A stretch of 64,000 nucleotides of DNA from Acidimicrobiales bacterium (GCA_047638695.1 JBLINY010000002.1:11-64010); one strand, 5' to 3'. Shown: positions 1 through 10,106, numbered from the stretch's first letter. Notes: generated by a model not told the origin, from the sequence alone. Numbers and translations are program-made.

Positions 1-481
1 CCATTTCCTCGGGTTCGCTTAGAAGATGGGGACGATTCCGCCGGAGATTCTCGAGATGATGGCGACAGAACTCGAGCCGCTGGTCCGCCAGCACAAGAGC
101 AACATGTTCATCGTCGGCAGCGGCGAACTCGAGGTCGACGAAGATGAGTTTGGTACTGATGGCCGTCGAACGTTCCTGCATGCTCTGCATCGCGGCGCCA
201 CGTTCGGGATCACTGGTGTCTTCGCTGAACCGCAACATCGCGTAATGACCGGCGAGACTGCCGAACTCACCAATGGTGGCCAGTGTGGTCATGAGTTCGA
301 CCAGTTCGGAGCTGTCCAGCGTGGCGACGCGACCTCGGTACGATCCGACGCCGTCGGCGAGTACATCGGCCTCGTCCAAGAGATCATCGACCGACTTCCC
401 TGCAGGTAGAAGACCGTCGATGGCCCATGCAACGTCGGCAGCTGCAAGGTCACGTTCGACCTCGTCGCCGCTGCTACTCAT
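1..481 (-). CDS. M3-family oligoendopeptidase F (PepF-like), N-terminal part; gene continues past the left edge
   Basis: Absent from the ORF track because it has no stop in the window. The reverse frame is open from ATG (complement of 479-481) to position 1. It reads MSSSGDEVERDLAAADVAWAIDGLL...HYAMLRFSEDTSDPERGAAMQSMQER...LEFCRHHLENLRRNRPHLLSEPEEM. The HHLENLRR.RPHLLSE.EE segment is typical of PepF/M3B N-terminal domains. Confidence 0.7.
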   Translation of the reverse strand, partial: MSSSGDEVERDLAAADVAWAIDGLLPAGKSVDDLLDEADVLADGVGSYRGRVATLDSSELVELMTTLATIGEFGSLAGHYAMLRFSEDTSDPERGAAMQSMQERSTAISTKLIFVDLEFAAADDEHVALVLADQRLEFCRHHLENLRRNRPHLLSEPEEM

Positions 482-521
482 CTGCAAATCGATAGCACTC
501 ATAGACAAATGATGGCACCTG

Positions 522-926
522 GTGAGCAGGAGATTGGGATGGGCTCAAATCCTCTGCGCTCGAACCGATGGGCAGGGTGTGCAACTCGCATCCAAGACAC
601 TTCGGGCCTTCGTCGCCGGGTCGATCCTGGTCTTCGCGCTCGCTCTCACGACACCCGCATGGGCACAACCTCCAACCTCAGATGGCACCTCAACACCGAG
701 TGTCAGCCTGCTTGAGGGTGGTGTGGTGCAAACCCGCCCGGCCAGCCAGTCGACCAACGCCCAAACAACTCAACCGGCTCCGCTCGGACCGCTGTCGCCG
801 GAAGCTCCTGCGAGCAACGGACCAGTGGCCGTCGTCTATGTGATCTTGCTGGTGACGATGCCTCTGCTCACGGTGGCCACGGTCGGCTGGATGCAGACCC
901 GGCGCCGTGTACCGGTCCGTGTCTGA
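522..926 (+). CDS. small hypothetical secreted or membrane-anchored protein (signal peptide, P/T/S/Q-rich linker, C-terminal TM helix)
   Basis: ORF-track protein contains KTLRAFVAGSILVFALALTTPAWA-QPP (signal-peptide-like, AWA-Q cleavage site). A low-complexity region follows, then VAVVYVILLVTMPLLTVATVGW and RRR. A GTG at 579 is a more likely start. No family recognised. Confidence 0.45.
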   Translation: MSRRLGWAQILCARTDGQGVQLASKTLRAFVAGSILVFALALTTPAWAQPPTSDGTSTPSVSLLEGGVVQTRPASQSTNAQTTQPAPLGPLSPEAPASNGPVAVVYVILLVTMPLLTVATVGWMQTRRRVPVRV

Positions 927-990
927 TCGAGCGCATTAGCTGAAGCAAAGGCCCGAGCTGTATGGCCGAGGCGGTTTGGCAACCGAAGCG

Positions 991-3366
991 TCACTGGCGA
1001 AAGGTTGCACCGTTCTTCGCAACGACCGCATCGATGAGTTTCTGCCGCAGCTCTGCGACCTCGCCGTCGGTAAGCGTCCGATCTGTGGCCTGGAACCGCA
1101 GCCCGAATGCCAGCGATCGGACACCCTCGCCGACCTGGTCGCTGCGGAATGCATTGAGAAAACGCACCGATTGCAGCAGCGTTCCGCCCGTCTTTTCCAG
1201 GGTGGTGATCACGCTCGGCACGGCAACATCATCAGCCACGATAAAGGCCAAATCGATGTCGCTGGACGGGTACAGCGACACCGGTCGATATTTCGCGTTG
1301 TTGGCGAGAGCGGAGTTGATCGGGGCAACATCAAGCTGAAGCCACCCAACCCGGCCTGCGATGTCGAAGGCCTCGAGCACTCGTGGGTCTACCTCGCCAA
1401 CCTCACCAAGGGTCCGGCCACGGAAAATCACCTCGGCTGATCGACTTGGGTGCAGACCCGGACGCTCGGCGTTCTTGATCGTCAGGCCATTCAGCCGCAA
1501 GAGTTGCGCCAATTGATGCAACATCTGCGTAGCGTGGCCGGCATCGTGGCCGGCCATGATCGCTGCCACCCACTCGGGCTCGATGGGCAGGGCGGCGTCG
1601 GCATCGGGATTGGCCAGATAGACCCGGCCCAGCTCAAACAGCTGCACCGCCGGGTTTCGGTGCGACTGGTTGTAGGCAACCGCCTTCAGGAGCCCTGGAA
1701 GTAACGACGTCCGAAGCACAGACTCTTCGGCGACAAGCGGGTTGTCCAAGGTAATACCGTCGTCGGCAAGCCCCGCCCGAACGAGATCGTCGGGCGCCAG
1801 GAACGGCATTGGCATCGCCTCGGAAAAGCCAACCCCCATCAAGGCTCGACGAATCCGACGCCGACCAAGTTGGTTCGGGGTGAGTTCCCCGTTTTGCGCT
1901 GGCGTTGGGACCCTTCGGCCTGACTTGTCGTAGCCATGGTGTCGCCCGACTTCTTCGACAATGTCCTCCTCGATTGAACTATCCGGTCTCCACGAGGGAA
2001 CGGCGACCAGCAGGTTGTCACCCTCAGCTTGACTCTCGAAGCCAATAGGTCGAAGCAGACTCGCTATCTCGCCTGTGCTCAGCTCGGTGTTGAGTAGGTG
2101 GTTGACCTTCGCAGGTCGGACGAGCACGGCAGGTGTTGGTGCATACCCACCCTCGACCACGAGGGCACCTTGGTTCACCGTGGCGCCGCAGAGCTCGACG
2201 GCCAGCTCGGCGAACCGGTCGAGAGCGCGTTCGATCCCCAGGGGATCGGCGCCGCGCTCGAAGCGAGTCGACGCCTCGGAGCGCAAGTTGAGCCGGCGAC
2301 TGGTCTTGGCGATCGTCATCCGATCCCAGACCGCGGCCTCCAGAAGAACTCGAGTTGTACCTTCGGTGATCTCCGTTGACAGACCCCCCATCACGCCGGC
2401 AAGCCCGATGGGCTCGTCGTTCTCGTTGCAGATGAGGCCATCGGCCTCGGTGATTTGTCGTTCCTGGCTGTCGAGCGTCGTGAGTGTCTCATCCACTCGA
2501 CCCATTCGAACCCGGAGGTGTCCGTTGGGGACGAGGTCGAGGTCGTAGGTGTGGTTCGGCGCTCCCAGCTCGAGCATCACATAGTTCGAGATATCAACGA
2601 TCGAGTTGATGGGCCGCATTCCGGCCGCTTGGAGGCGCGCGGCCATCCAGCCAGGCGAGGTGCCGACGGTGACGTTCTCGAGAACACGAAGTCCGAAGCG
2701 AGCGCAAAGCGCCTTGTCCTGTATGTCAATCGACGACTGCGAGGCCGTGGCCGATTCGGTTTCGACGAAGCTTGATGGAGGAAACGCGAACGGCACGCCA
2801 AGACGGGCCGCCAGGTCTCGCGCAACACCAGCGACAGACAAGGCATCCGGCCGATTGCCCTCGACGTCGATATCAAACAGCACATCGCTCTCGACACCCA
2901 TGGCTTCGACGAGCGCCTGCCCGACCCGATACGACGAGTCGAGCACTTTGATGCCGTCGGTGTCATCGTCTAACTCGAGCTCGGCCCCCGAACAGATCAT
3001 TCCGTTCGACCACTCGCCCCGCAGCTTTCGTCTGGCAATCTCGAGACCGCCTGGCATCACGGTGCCCAGAGTTGCCAGCGGAACCAGGTCGCCGACGGCC
3101 ATGTTGAACGCGCCGCAGCAGATTTGGAGGGCTTCGCCCGCCGGCGAAGCGACGCCGCCGGTATCGACATCAACGAGCTGAATTCGGTCAGCCTCGGGGT
3201 GGGGGCGCAGATCGAGCACCTTGGCAACAACGATGCCATCCCATTGGGCGCCTACCGTGGCAACGCTTTCGACGACCAGACCCAAGTCAGTGAGCGTCGC
3301 CGCCAGCGCGTCGGACTCACCCTCGATCGGGGCGAATTGTTGCATCCAGGACAGAAGAACTTTCAA
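991..3366 (-). CDS. pheT: phenylalanine--tRNA ligase beta subunit
   Basis: 791 aa. The N-terminus MKVLLSWMQQFAP and overall length and architecture are typical of PheT. It lies directly downstream of pheS. Confidence 0.97.
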   Translation of the reverse strand: MKVLLSWMQQFAPIEGESDALAATLTDLGLVVESVATVGAQWDGIVVAKVLDLRPHPEADRIQLVDVDTGGVASPAGEALQICCGAFNMAVGDLVPLATLGTVMPGGLEIARRKLRGEWSNGMICSGAELELDDDTDGIKVLDSSYRVGQALVEAMGVESDVLFDIDVEGNRPDALSVAGVARDLAARLGVPFAFPPSSFVETESATASQSSIDIQDKALCARFGLRVLENVTVGTSPGWMAARLQAAGMRPINSIVDISNYVMLELGAPNHTYDLDLVPNGHLRVRMGRVDETLTTLDSQERQITEADGLICNENDEPIGLAGVMGGLSTEITEGTTRVLLEAAVWDRMTIAKTSRRLNLRSEASTRFERGADPLGIERALDRFAELAVELCGATVNQGALVVEGGYAPTPAVLVRPAKVNHLLNTELSTGEIASLLRPIGFESQAEGDNLLVAVPSWRPDSSIEEDIVEEVGRHHGYDKSGRRVPTPAQNGELTPNQLGRRRIRRALMGVGFSEAMPMPFLAPDDLVRAGLADDGITLDNPLVAEESVLRTSLLPGLLKAVAYNQSHRNPAVQLFELGRVYLANPDADAALPIEPEWVAAIMAGHDAGHATQMLHQLAQLLRLNGLTIKNAERPGLHPSRSAEVIFRGRTLGEVGEVDPRVLEAFDIAGRVGWLQLDVAPINSALANNAKYRPVSLYPSSDIDLAFIVADDVAVPSVITTLEKTGGTLLQSVRFLNAFRSDQVGEGVRSLAFGLRFQATDRTLTDGEVAELRQKLIDAVVAKNGATFRQ

Positions 3367-3382
3367 CGTACGAACTCCGAAG

Positions 3383-4384
3383 TCAGAACTGGGACAGGAA
3401 GCGGATGTCGTTCGTGAACAACTCCCGCAGATCGTCGACGCCGAACTTCATCAGAGCGAGGCGGTCGATACCGAAACCAAAGGCAAAAGCAGACCACTCG
3501 TCAGGGTCGACGCCGCCGGCACGAAGTACGTGGGGGTGCACCATGCCGCAACCACCAAGCTCGAGCCAGGTGCCATCCGGGCGCTGAATGTCGAACTCGG
3601 CTGAGGGCTCGGTGAACGGGAAGTGGTTGGGGCGAAGGCGCGACGTAAAACCCTCACCGAAGTAAGCCGTGGTGAAGGCTTCGATGGTGCCTGCCAGGTC
3701 GGCCAGCGAAATGTCTCGGTCGATCACCAAACCCTCGATCTGGTGGAAGACCGGCATATGAGTTGCATCTGCGGTGTCTCGTCGGAACACGCGTCCCGGA
3801 GCAATCACGTAGATGGGCGGTTCCTGCTCCAGCATGGTCCGAATCTGCACCGGCGACGTGTGTGTCCGAAGCAGCGTGCTGCCCGGTTGTCCGTGGTTCA
3901 CGTAGATAGTGTCGAAACCATCCCGGGCAGGGTGGCTGGGAGGAATGTTGAGCGCATCGAAGTTGTGCCAATCGGTCTCAACCTCTGGCCCCTCAGCGAC
4001 TCGGAAGCCCATGCCCACGAAGACGTCCTCGAGCTCTTCCCAAGCCTGCGTGACGATGTGGGCGTGACCAATCGGTGCACTGGCGGGGGGAACCTCGGTG
4101 AGGTCTAGGCGTTCGGCTTCGAATTGTTGGGATCGTTCGCTACCGCTTAGCTCGACACGTCGCGCTTCGATCGCGCCTTCAACTGCCTCGCGAGCCTCGT
4201 TAAGGGCCCGACCCGCCTCTTTGCGGTCTTCCTTCGGAAGTGATCCCAATTCCCGGCGAGCAAGGAGAAGCGGTGCTTCTTTTCCGAGGTGTGCATGTTC
4301 CACCTCACGAAGCTCGTCGGTTGACGACGAGCTTGCGGCGGCAGCGAACGCAGCCGCAGTGAGGTCCGGAAGTTCATCGATCAT
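3383..4384 (-). CDS. pheS: phenylalanine--tRNA ligase alpha subunit
   Basis: 333 aa with class II aaRS motifs (HPARD, FRRDTADATH, GFGIDRLAL). Adjacent to pheT. Confidence 0.97.
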   Translation of the reverse strand: MIDELPDLTAAAFAAAASSSSTDELREVEHAHLGKEAPLLLARRELGSLPKEDRKEAGRALNEAREAVEGAIEARRVELSGSERSQQFEAERLDLTEVPPASAPIGHAHIVTQAWEELEDVFVGMGFRVAEGPEVETDWHNFDALNIPPSHPARDGFDTIYVNHGQPGSTLLRTHTSPVQIRTMLEQEPPIYVIAPGRVFRRDTADATHMPVFHQIEGLVIDRDISLADLAGTIEAFTTAYFGEGFTSRLRPNHFPFTEPSAEFDIQRPDGTWLELGGCGMVHPHVLRAGGVDPDEWSAFAFGFGIDRLALMKFGVDDLRELFTNDIRFLSQF

Positions 4385-5238
4385 TGGCTAACAACCTGGC
4401 CTGGTGAGAGTGGGCGGGCAAGTGAATTTCGTCGCTGCCGTAGCGACTCGAAGGCCAGCACGGCGCCGGCGGCTGCGACGTTCAGCGATTCGGTGGGACC
4501 GTCAAGCTCGATTGCGACGTTGTCGTCGGCCAAAGCGCACACGTCGGGGTCGAGACCGTGGGCCTCATTGCCGAGAACGATCACGGCCGTGCGAAGGTCT
4601 ACGGCGTCGTAGTGGCTCGCCTCGATGCCGAGACCGGTGGTGACGATGCGGCGGCCCTGAGCTCGGAGTTCTGTGCAGGCAACGGCGTAATCAGGCGACT
4701 CGACGATGGGAGACCGAAGGCTCGCACCTGCTGCGGCCCGTACCACTTTGGGATTGGTCGGATCGACCGATTCCCCGGCAAGTATCAGCCCCGCCATTCC
4801 TGCGCCCTCCGCCGTGCGACAGAGCGTGCCGACGTTGCCCGGGTCGCGGGCGTCGACCAACATCAGAACGGGGCGGTCGACCGCCAGGTCATCGATGACT
4901 ACCTGCCGACGCTCGATCACGGCAACGATCGGTTGCGGTGTCACGGTCGACAGAATCTTTTCAAGCACGCCCTGGTTCAGGGTGTACACGGCAATTCCCC
5001 GGTCGAGCGCAAGTGCCACCGAGGGCTCGTCGGCAAATCGGTCGTCGACGAAGATCTCGCGAACCACTGCCTGGGCCGCGAGGGCTTCGGCAACCAGCGT
5101 TGGACCCTCGACCACCAAAACACCGTCGTCTCGCCTCGCTTTTGATTGCGAGACGAGACGACGAAGTACTTTCAGGCGAGGGTTCTTGGCACTCAGGTGC
5201 TCAGAAGAATTGAGTGGCCCATGGCGCCCACCGCCCAC
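4381..5238 (-). CDS. TrmH/SpoU-family RNA 2'-O-methyltransferase
   Basis: 285 aa with SpoU motifs (LVDARDPGNVGTLCRTAEGAG, VLGNEAHGL, ESLNVAAAGAV). Its stop overlaps the pheS start. The rplT-trmH-pheS order is conserved in actinobacteria. Confidence 0.85.
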   Translation of the reverse strand: MGGGRHGPLNSSEHLSAKNPRLKVLRRLVSQSKARRDDGVLVVEGPTLVAEALAAQAVVREIFVDDRFADEPSVALALDRGIAVYTLNQGVLEKILSTVTPQPIVAVIERRQVVIDDLAVDRPVLMLVDARDPGNVGTLCRTAEGAGMAGLILAGESVDPTNPKVVRAAAGASLRSPIVESPDYAVACTELRAQGRRIVTTGLGIEASHYDAVDLRTAVIVLGNEAHGLDPDVCALADDNVAIELDGPTESLNVAAAGAVLAFESLRQRRNSLARPLSPGQVVSQ

Positions 5239-5247
5239 GCTCGTGGT

Positions 5248-5622
5248 TCAGGCTGCGTCGGAAGTGGCCGACGAGGCGCCCTCGGCGACGACAACCAAAG
5301 CCGAGAATGCGGCCGGATCGGAAATTGCCAGGTCGGAGAGGACCTTCCGGTCTACCTCGACGCCAGCGACCTTGAGGCCGGCGATAAACCGGCTGTAGCT
5401 CGTGTTGTTCTGTCTACACGCGGCATTGATTCGCTGGATCCACAGGCGACGAAACTCGCCCTTCTTGGCCCGACGATCCCGGTATGCGTAATTGCCGGAG
5501 TGCATGACCTGCTCGTTGGCGGCCCGGACACTGCGACTCTTGTTGCCGTAGTAGCCCTTTGCTCGCGCGAGCGTAGTACGACGGCGCTTCTTAGAATGGA
5601 CGGAGCGCTTCACTCGTGCCAT
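5248..5622 (-). CDS. rplT: 50S ribosomal protein L20
   Basis: 124 aa, [26 protein letters not shown]... Confidence 0.97.
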   Translation of the reverse strand: MARVKRSVHSKKRRRTTLARAKGYYGNKSRSVRAANEQVMHSGNYAYRDRRAKKGEFRRLWIQRINAACRQNNTSYSRFIAGLKVAGVEVDRKVLSDLAISDPAAFSALVVVAEGASSATSDAA

Positions 5623-5685
5623 AACGGCACCTCCTTCTGCTAGATCTTCTTCTCTGGGGACGGATGTCCGGGGACGGACGAGCGA

Positions 5686-5889
5686 TCAGCTCGACAGCAG
5701 CTTCTTGATCTTTGGCATGTCGGAACTATCGACAAGCTCAGGTCCGGACAGACGTCGCTTGTGACGGCTCGACATCTTCGTGTTGAAGTGATTGAGGTTT
5801 CGCTGACGGCGCCGGATCTTGCCCGAGCCTGTCACCTTGAAGCGCTTTTTGGCGCCCTTATGCGTCTTCATCTTTGGGGATTTCGACAT
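5686..5889 (-). CDS. rpmI: 50S ribosomal protein L35
   Basis: 67 aa, PKMKTHKGAKKRFKVTGSGKIRRR. Confidence 0.95.
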   Translation of the reverse strand: MSKSPKMKTHKGAKKRFKVTGSGKIRRRQRNLNHFNTKMSSRHKRRLSGPELVDSSDMPKIKKLLSS

Positions 5890-5911
5890 AACGTTCTTTC
5901 CTGGAGAGAGA

Positions 5912-6607
5912 TCAGCTCTCGGTGCTGGTGTCGGTTACGGGGGCCTCGGCCGCAGCAGCCTCGACTACCGGCACCTCGGCTACTGGAGCTTCGGTTACAG
6001 GAGCTTCGACTACAGGCGCCTTGGCTGCGGGAACCTCGGCCGGTTCGGCCTCGGTCTCAGCAACCTGCTCTGGCTTTTTTCTCGGTTTCTTGGTCTTGTC
6101 CGGGCCCAGCACCATGGTCATGTTGCGACCATCGAGCCTTGGGTAGGCCTCGACCTTTGCGAAATCGTCGACTCGTGCGGAGATGTCATCAAGAATCTTG
6201 CGTCCCAACTGGGGATGCGTAACCTCGCGACCTCGGAACATGATGGTGATCTTGACCTTGTGCCCTTCCTCTAGGAAGCGCTCGACCCTGCGGGTCTTGG
6301 TTTCGAAATCACCGCCCGAAATTTTGGGTCGGTACTTCATCTCTTTGACGGTTACCTGGCTGGCCTTTTTCCGGGATTCCTTCGCACGCTGAGCCGCCTC
6401 GTATTTGTACTTGCCGTAATCCATGATTCGGCAAACGGGCGGATTCGCCTGATCTGCGACCTCGACAAGGTCGAGGTCGAGTTCACGGGCGAGATTCAGT
6501 GCTTCTGGAAGTGGCTTGATACCAAGCTGATCGCCATCGGCGGCGATCACCCGGACTTCGCGAGCACGGATCTTCTCATTGATCCGTGGTTCTTGTGGCG
6601 CAGCTAT
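5912..6607 (-). CDS. infC: translation initiation factor IF-3, with a non-canonical start and an acidic PAE-rich C-terminal tail
   Basis: The track ORF (5912-6550) starts inside the conserved N-domain. The frame stays open upstream to 6613 and encodes I-A-A-P-Q-E-P-R-I-N-E-K-I-R-A-R-E-V-R-V-IAADGDQLG. The only plausible starts are ATA (6605-6607) or ATC (6581-6583). Unusual start codons are a hallmark of infC. Confidence 0.9.
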   Translation of the reverse strand: MAAPQEPRINEKIRAREVRVIAADGDQLGIKPLPEALNLARELDLDLVEVADQANPPVCRIMDYGKYKYEAAQRAKESRKKASQVTVKEMKYRPKISGGDFETKTRRVERFLEEGHKVKITIMFRGREVTHPQLGRKILDDISARVDDFAKVEAYPRLDGRNMTMVLGPDKTKKPRKKPEQVAETEAEPAEVPAAKAPVVEAPVTEAPVAEVPVVEAAAAEAPVTDTSTES

Positions 6608-6842
6608 CGCTGATCACTCTTCATGCAGGCGCAACTCCTCTTGGCGCGGACGGACTATTCAGTCAAACCAGAAAGAGGAGGCGCTCTAGCCACGTCTCCC
6701 GAAAGAGACGCCCTAGTTCACACATGGACCTGGACTCATCGCCGGCGCTAACCGTGACGGCCAGGTGGGGCAAACGCCCACTTCCTGTTCAGACAAAGGA
6801 CAACGATAGCCGGTCGGGGAAGCAGAACGGCATACTTCGACG

Positions 6843-7304
6843 ATGAGCAGTCTGTGGACCCCCGACGGTGAACGCCCAGTCAATCGCGATCCAGAGCCAG
6901 CGGTAGCGCCCGCCGACCGCCCGCCGGAGGCGGAACTGACGCCTGAGCAACAGGACCAGGCGCGCGAAATGGCCAAACAAATGGCCGACGCCCGAGCCCA
7001 GCTGTTGGCGGCTGATGCTGCGGACCTCGTCGCCAATCACGCCATGGGTTTGTACGAACTCGCGGCCATTCACCTCACGGCCGAAGAACCAGACCTTTCG
7101 TCTGCTCGCCTTGCCGTCGATGCCCTCGGCGCTCTTGTCGACGGGCTCCCAGGCCGGCTGGGCCAGCACGAGGAAACCCTCAACGAAGCGCTTCATAGCG
7201 CTCGCATGGCCTTCGTTCAGCGTTCACAAAACGGGGGCCAGGTACCGGATGAGAGCGCCGGTTCGGACGGCGCGACAACATCGACTGAGACCTCCGAAGG
7301 CTAA
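6843..7304 (+). CDS. DUF1844 domain-containing protein
   Basis: 153 aa. The segment LVANHAMGLYELAAIHL and its position divergent from infC match the conserved actinobacterial DUF1844 family (from memory). Confidence 0.75.
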   Translation: MSSLWTPDGERPVNRDPEPAVAPADRPPEAELTPEQQDQAREMAKQMADARAQLLAADAADLVANHAMGLYELAAIHLTAEEPDLSSARLAVDALGALVDGLPGRLGQHEETLNEALHSARMAFVQRSQNGGQVPDESAGSDGATTSTETSEG

Positions 7305-7322
7305 ACCCTGACGACTGAGCCC

Positions 7323-9740
7323 TTATGCGACGGAGCCCTCGGGAATCTCGAAGGGCTTTCTGAGCAGACCGATGATCTGCTCACTTGGTGCCGGGCGCTG
7401 AAAGTAGAAGCCCTGGATGAGATCGACGCCGAGTTCGTGGAGGGCAACCACTTGATCTGCGTCTTCCACCCCTTCGGCCACAACTTCCATCCCAACCGAA
7501 TCGGCAAGCGCAACGATGGCGGTGATGATCTTCCGGTCGACCGAATCGTTGGCAACGTCGGTCACGAAGGCCCGGTCGATCTTGAGGGTCGCAACCATGT
7601 CCAGGCTCTTCAGCTGACTCAGTGAGGCTCGGCTGGTACCGAAGTCGTCGATGGCCAGCTGGACGCCCATCGCAACGAGTTCACGGAGGATCGTAAGTCG
7701 ATTGTCGAGTTTCTCGACAATGAGTTCTTCCGTTAGCTCGAGCTCGAGCTGCGAGGGCGAGATCCCGGTCTCTTCCAAAACTCGCTTCACGCTGGCCAGC
7801 AAGCTGTTGTCGAGCAACTGACGCTCGGCCACATTAACCGACACCATGATCGAGCGACCCGCGGCCGCCTGCCACAGCGCCGCCTGCCTGCAGGCCTCTC
7901 GCAACACATGTTCGCCAACATCGACAATGAGGCCTGATTCCGCCGCCACCGAGAGGAACTGTGCCGGCAGCACGATCCCTCGCTCCGGATGTTGCCAGCG
8001 GACGAGCGCCTCGAGCCGATCAACCATCCCGGTGGTGACATCGACAATGGGTTGATAGTGCACGACCAGTTGACCGGTACGAATCGCCCGACGTAACTCA
8101 CGCTCGACCTCGAGGCGAGCCAGCGCCTGGGCGCGGAGTTCGCTGTCGAAAATTTCGTAGCGAGATCCACCGGCTTCCTTGGCCCGGTACATGGCCAGAT
8201 CGGCATCGCGAAGCAGGCTCTCGGCCGTCGTATCTTCGCCATCTTCGAACGAGATTCCGATGCTCGCCGAAATCACCTGCGTCGACTCGTCGCTTAGGGT
8301 CGCCGGTTCGCGGAACGCGTCGAGGACACGCTCGGCAAGCGTTGCTGCATCGGTGATCGACTGGAGGCCCGATGCCACGACAACAAACTCGTCGCCACCA
8401 AAGCGACCAACAATGTCGGGCCCTCGCAGGATGCCCTCCAGGCGACGACCGACGTGCTTGAGCACTTCGTCACCCGCGCTGTGACCGATCGAATCATTCA
8501 CCACCTTCAGCCGGTCGAGGTCGAGAAACAGCACAGATACGTACTTTTTGTCTCGCCGGTCAGCAAGACGCTTGTCGAGTTCCTCTGTCAGCCCGGCCCG
8601 GTTCAGCAGCCCCGTGAGCACGTCGTGACGTGCATCGAATTCGCTCCGTTCGAGTCGGCCCAAAATTATGGCATGGCGCCGTGCCGAGTTGGCGAACAAC
8701 CCGCCAGTGACTGCCAACAGCAGGCCGGTGAAAAGTGCGACCCACGATCCCCGATGATCGATCTCAAGACCGGCCTCGAAACCCTGAATTGACCACGTCA
8801 CATCGGCCTCTGAGAAGACGACGGGCTCACCGAATGGAGCTCCACGCTCGTCCTTGGAGATTGTTGCCGCCAGTGGCTGCTGGTCGGCCGAAAGTTCGAG
8901 CGCAGCCGGTTCACCTGATGTCATCGAGTTCATCGCAGCGAGCAGCTGGTCCAGATAGAGCTGTCCAACGAGAAGACCGTCGACCGCGTCTTCGATCGTA
9001 CGTTCTTCGGCATCGTCAAACCACCGGATCGGGGCCACCAAAACGAGGCCTGACCGTTCCGATGCATCACCGGCGCCGTTGATGGCGGCGAATATCTGAG
9101 CCGACGCGGCGGTGTCTGCGACCATTGTGCGATCCGTGTACACCGACCGGTCGACGAGTGCCTTGAGTGCCGGGATCGATGCCAGGTCCTGACCCAATAG
9201 TTCAGTCGATTGGTTCACCCCGAAGAGGCGGGTGAGAACGACGTTCGGCCGGGTCGTGGGGGATCCGTCGTACTGGTCGGCGAAACCTGGGGTGAGATAG
9301 CTCCGCTCTCGTCCAAGCAGCGCCGTTTCTTCCCCAGCGCTGCGAATGATCTCGAACAGGGCGATGCTCGAGATCGCCTGCCGGTCCTTTAGCGGCTCGA
9401 AATCGCTAAAGAGGTTGTCGGTCGCACTTACTGACCGGGCCGTTCGAGAGGCTTCGAGGGCGGCGCCGAGGCCATCCATTCCGTTGATATAGGCCTGAAG
9501 CTCGACCTGCAGCTCCGAACTCTGGGCCAGCAACACACGCTCGTAGGCCACGCGGGCCTCGGATGTCTCGACAGAACGAAGGCCTTGCCAGGCGAAGATC
9601 GACAGGGCAATACCGAGCCCGACGACCACAATCGACAGTGGAGCCCGAGCCATCCAACGCTGAAGCCCCGTGCCCGATGCACCTGGCACGTCGAAGGCTG
9701 CAGCCACTGCATCGCCTGCGTCGCCATCGGTGGGTTTCAC
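7323..9740 (-). CDS. membrane sensor diguanylate cyclase/phosphodiesterase (TM, large extracytoplasmic domain, TM, GGDEF, EAL)
   Basis: 805 aa. Intact GGDEF (RFGGDEFVVVASG) and EAL (LEALVRWQHP, DDFGTS) motifs. Two hydrophobic helices flank a roughly 270 aa sensor region. Confidence 0.9.
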   Translation of the reverse strand: MKPTDGDAGDAVAAAFDVPGASGTGLQRWMARAPLSIVVVGLGIALSIFAWQGLRSVETSEARVAYERVLLAQSSELQVELQAYINGMDGLGAALEASRTARSVSATDNLFSDFEPLKDRQAISSIALFEIIRSAGEETALLGRERSYLTPGFADQYDGSPTTRPNVVLTRLFGVNQSTELLGQDLASIPALKALVDRSVYTDRTMVADTAASAQIFAAINGAGDASERSGLVLVAPIRWFDDAEERTIEDAVDGLLVGQLYLDQLLAAMNSMTSGEPAALELSADQQPLAATISKDERGAPFGEPVVFSEADVTWSIQGFEAGLEIDHRGSWVALFTGLLLAVTGGLFANSARRHAIILGRLERSEFDARHDVLTGLLNRAGLTEELDKRLADRRDKKYVSVLFLDLDRLKVVNDSIGHSAGDEVLKHVGRRLEGILRGPDIVGRFGGDEFVVVASGLQSITDAATLAERVLDAFREPATLSDESTQVISASIGISFEDGEDTTAESLLRDADLAMYRAKEAGGSRYEIFDSELRAQALARLEVERELRRAIRTGQLVVHYQPIVDVTTGMVDRLEALVRWQHPERGIVLPAQFLSVAAESGLIVDVGEHVLREACRQAALWQAAAGRSIMVSVNVAERQLLDNSLLASVKRVLEETGISPSQLELELTEELIVEKLDNRLTILRELVAMGVQLAIDDFGTSRASLSQLKSLDMVATLKIDRAFVTDVANDSVDRKIITAIVALADSVGMEVVAEGVEDADQVVALHELGVDLIQGFYFQRPAPSEQIIGLLRKPFEIPEGSVA

Positions 9741-9868
9741 CTAGTCCTCATCGGCACCCGGCAGGCAGTCTTTACCTAGCGGACCCTCACCGGCTACCTA
9801 CCAGCGCATGTCCTACCTGCTGGTTTGGTCGAGGGAACGACCGCTGCGGGCCCGATCGAGCGCTACGT

Positions 9869-10069
9869 TCAGACCGAGGTGACCTCGAACGCCTCCCAGC
9901 GACCGGGTGCGCCGGGCCGTACCACGAAGGCCACCTTCTGCCCAACATCGACTCGACGGGAGCCGTCAGCCAAAGCGGTGCAATGAAACGACCACGAGTC
10001 GGTGCCGTTGCCGACTGTCCCCAGCCCAACATGCTCGTCGAAGGCCACAACCTCACCGACGATCAGCAT
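9869..10069 (-). CDS. small cold-shock-domain-like (OB-fold) protein
   Basis: The track ORF 9869-10159 overlaps hisG. An internal ATG at 10069 gives a 66 aa protein: MLIVGEVVAFDEHVGLGTVGNGTDSWSFHCTALADGSRRVDVGQKVAFVV. This resembles CSD-like proteins. Confidence 0.5.
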   Translation of the reverse strand: MLIVGEVVAFDEHVGLGTVGNGTDSWSFHCTALADGSRRVDVGQKVAFVVRPGAPGRWEAFEVTSV

Positions 10070-10106
10070 CGCTTGGCGACCACCAGCATCGAGGCATGCA
10101 GCATGA

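Noticed and set aside
26-409. 127 aa plus-strand ORF at the left edge
   Set aside because: The opposite strand encodes an uninterrupted PepF-like N-terminus with recognisable motifs running off the window. The plus-strand ORF has none.
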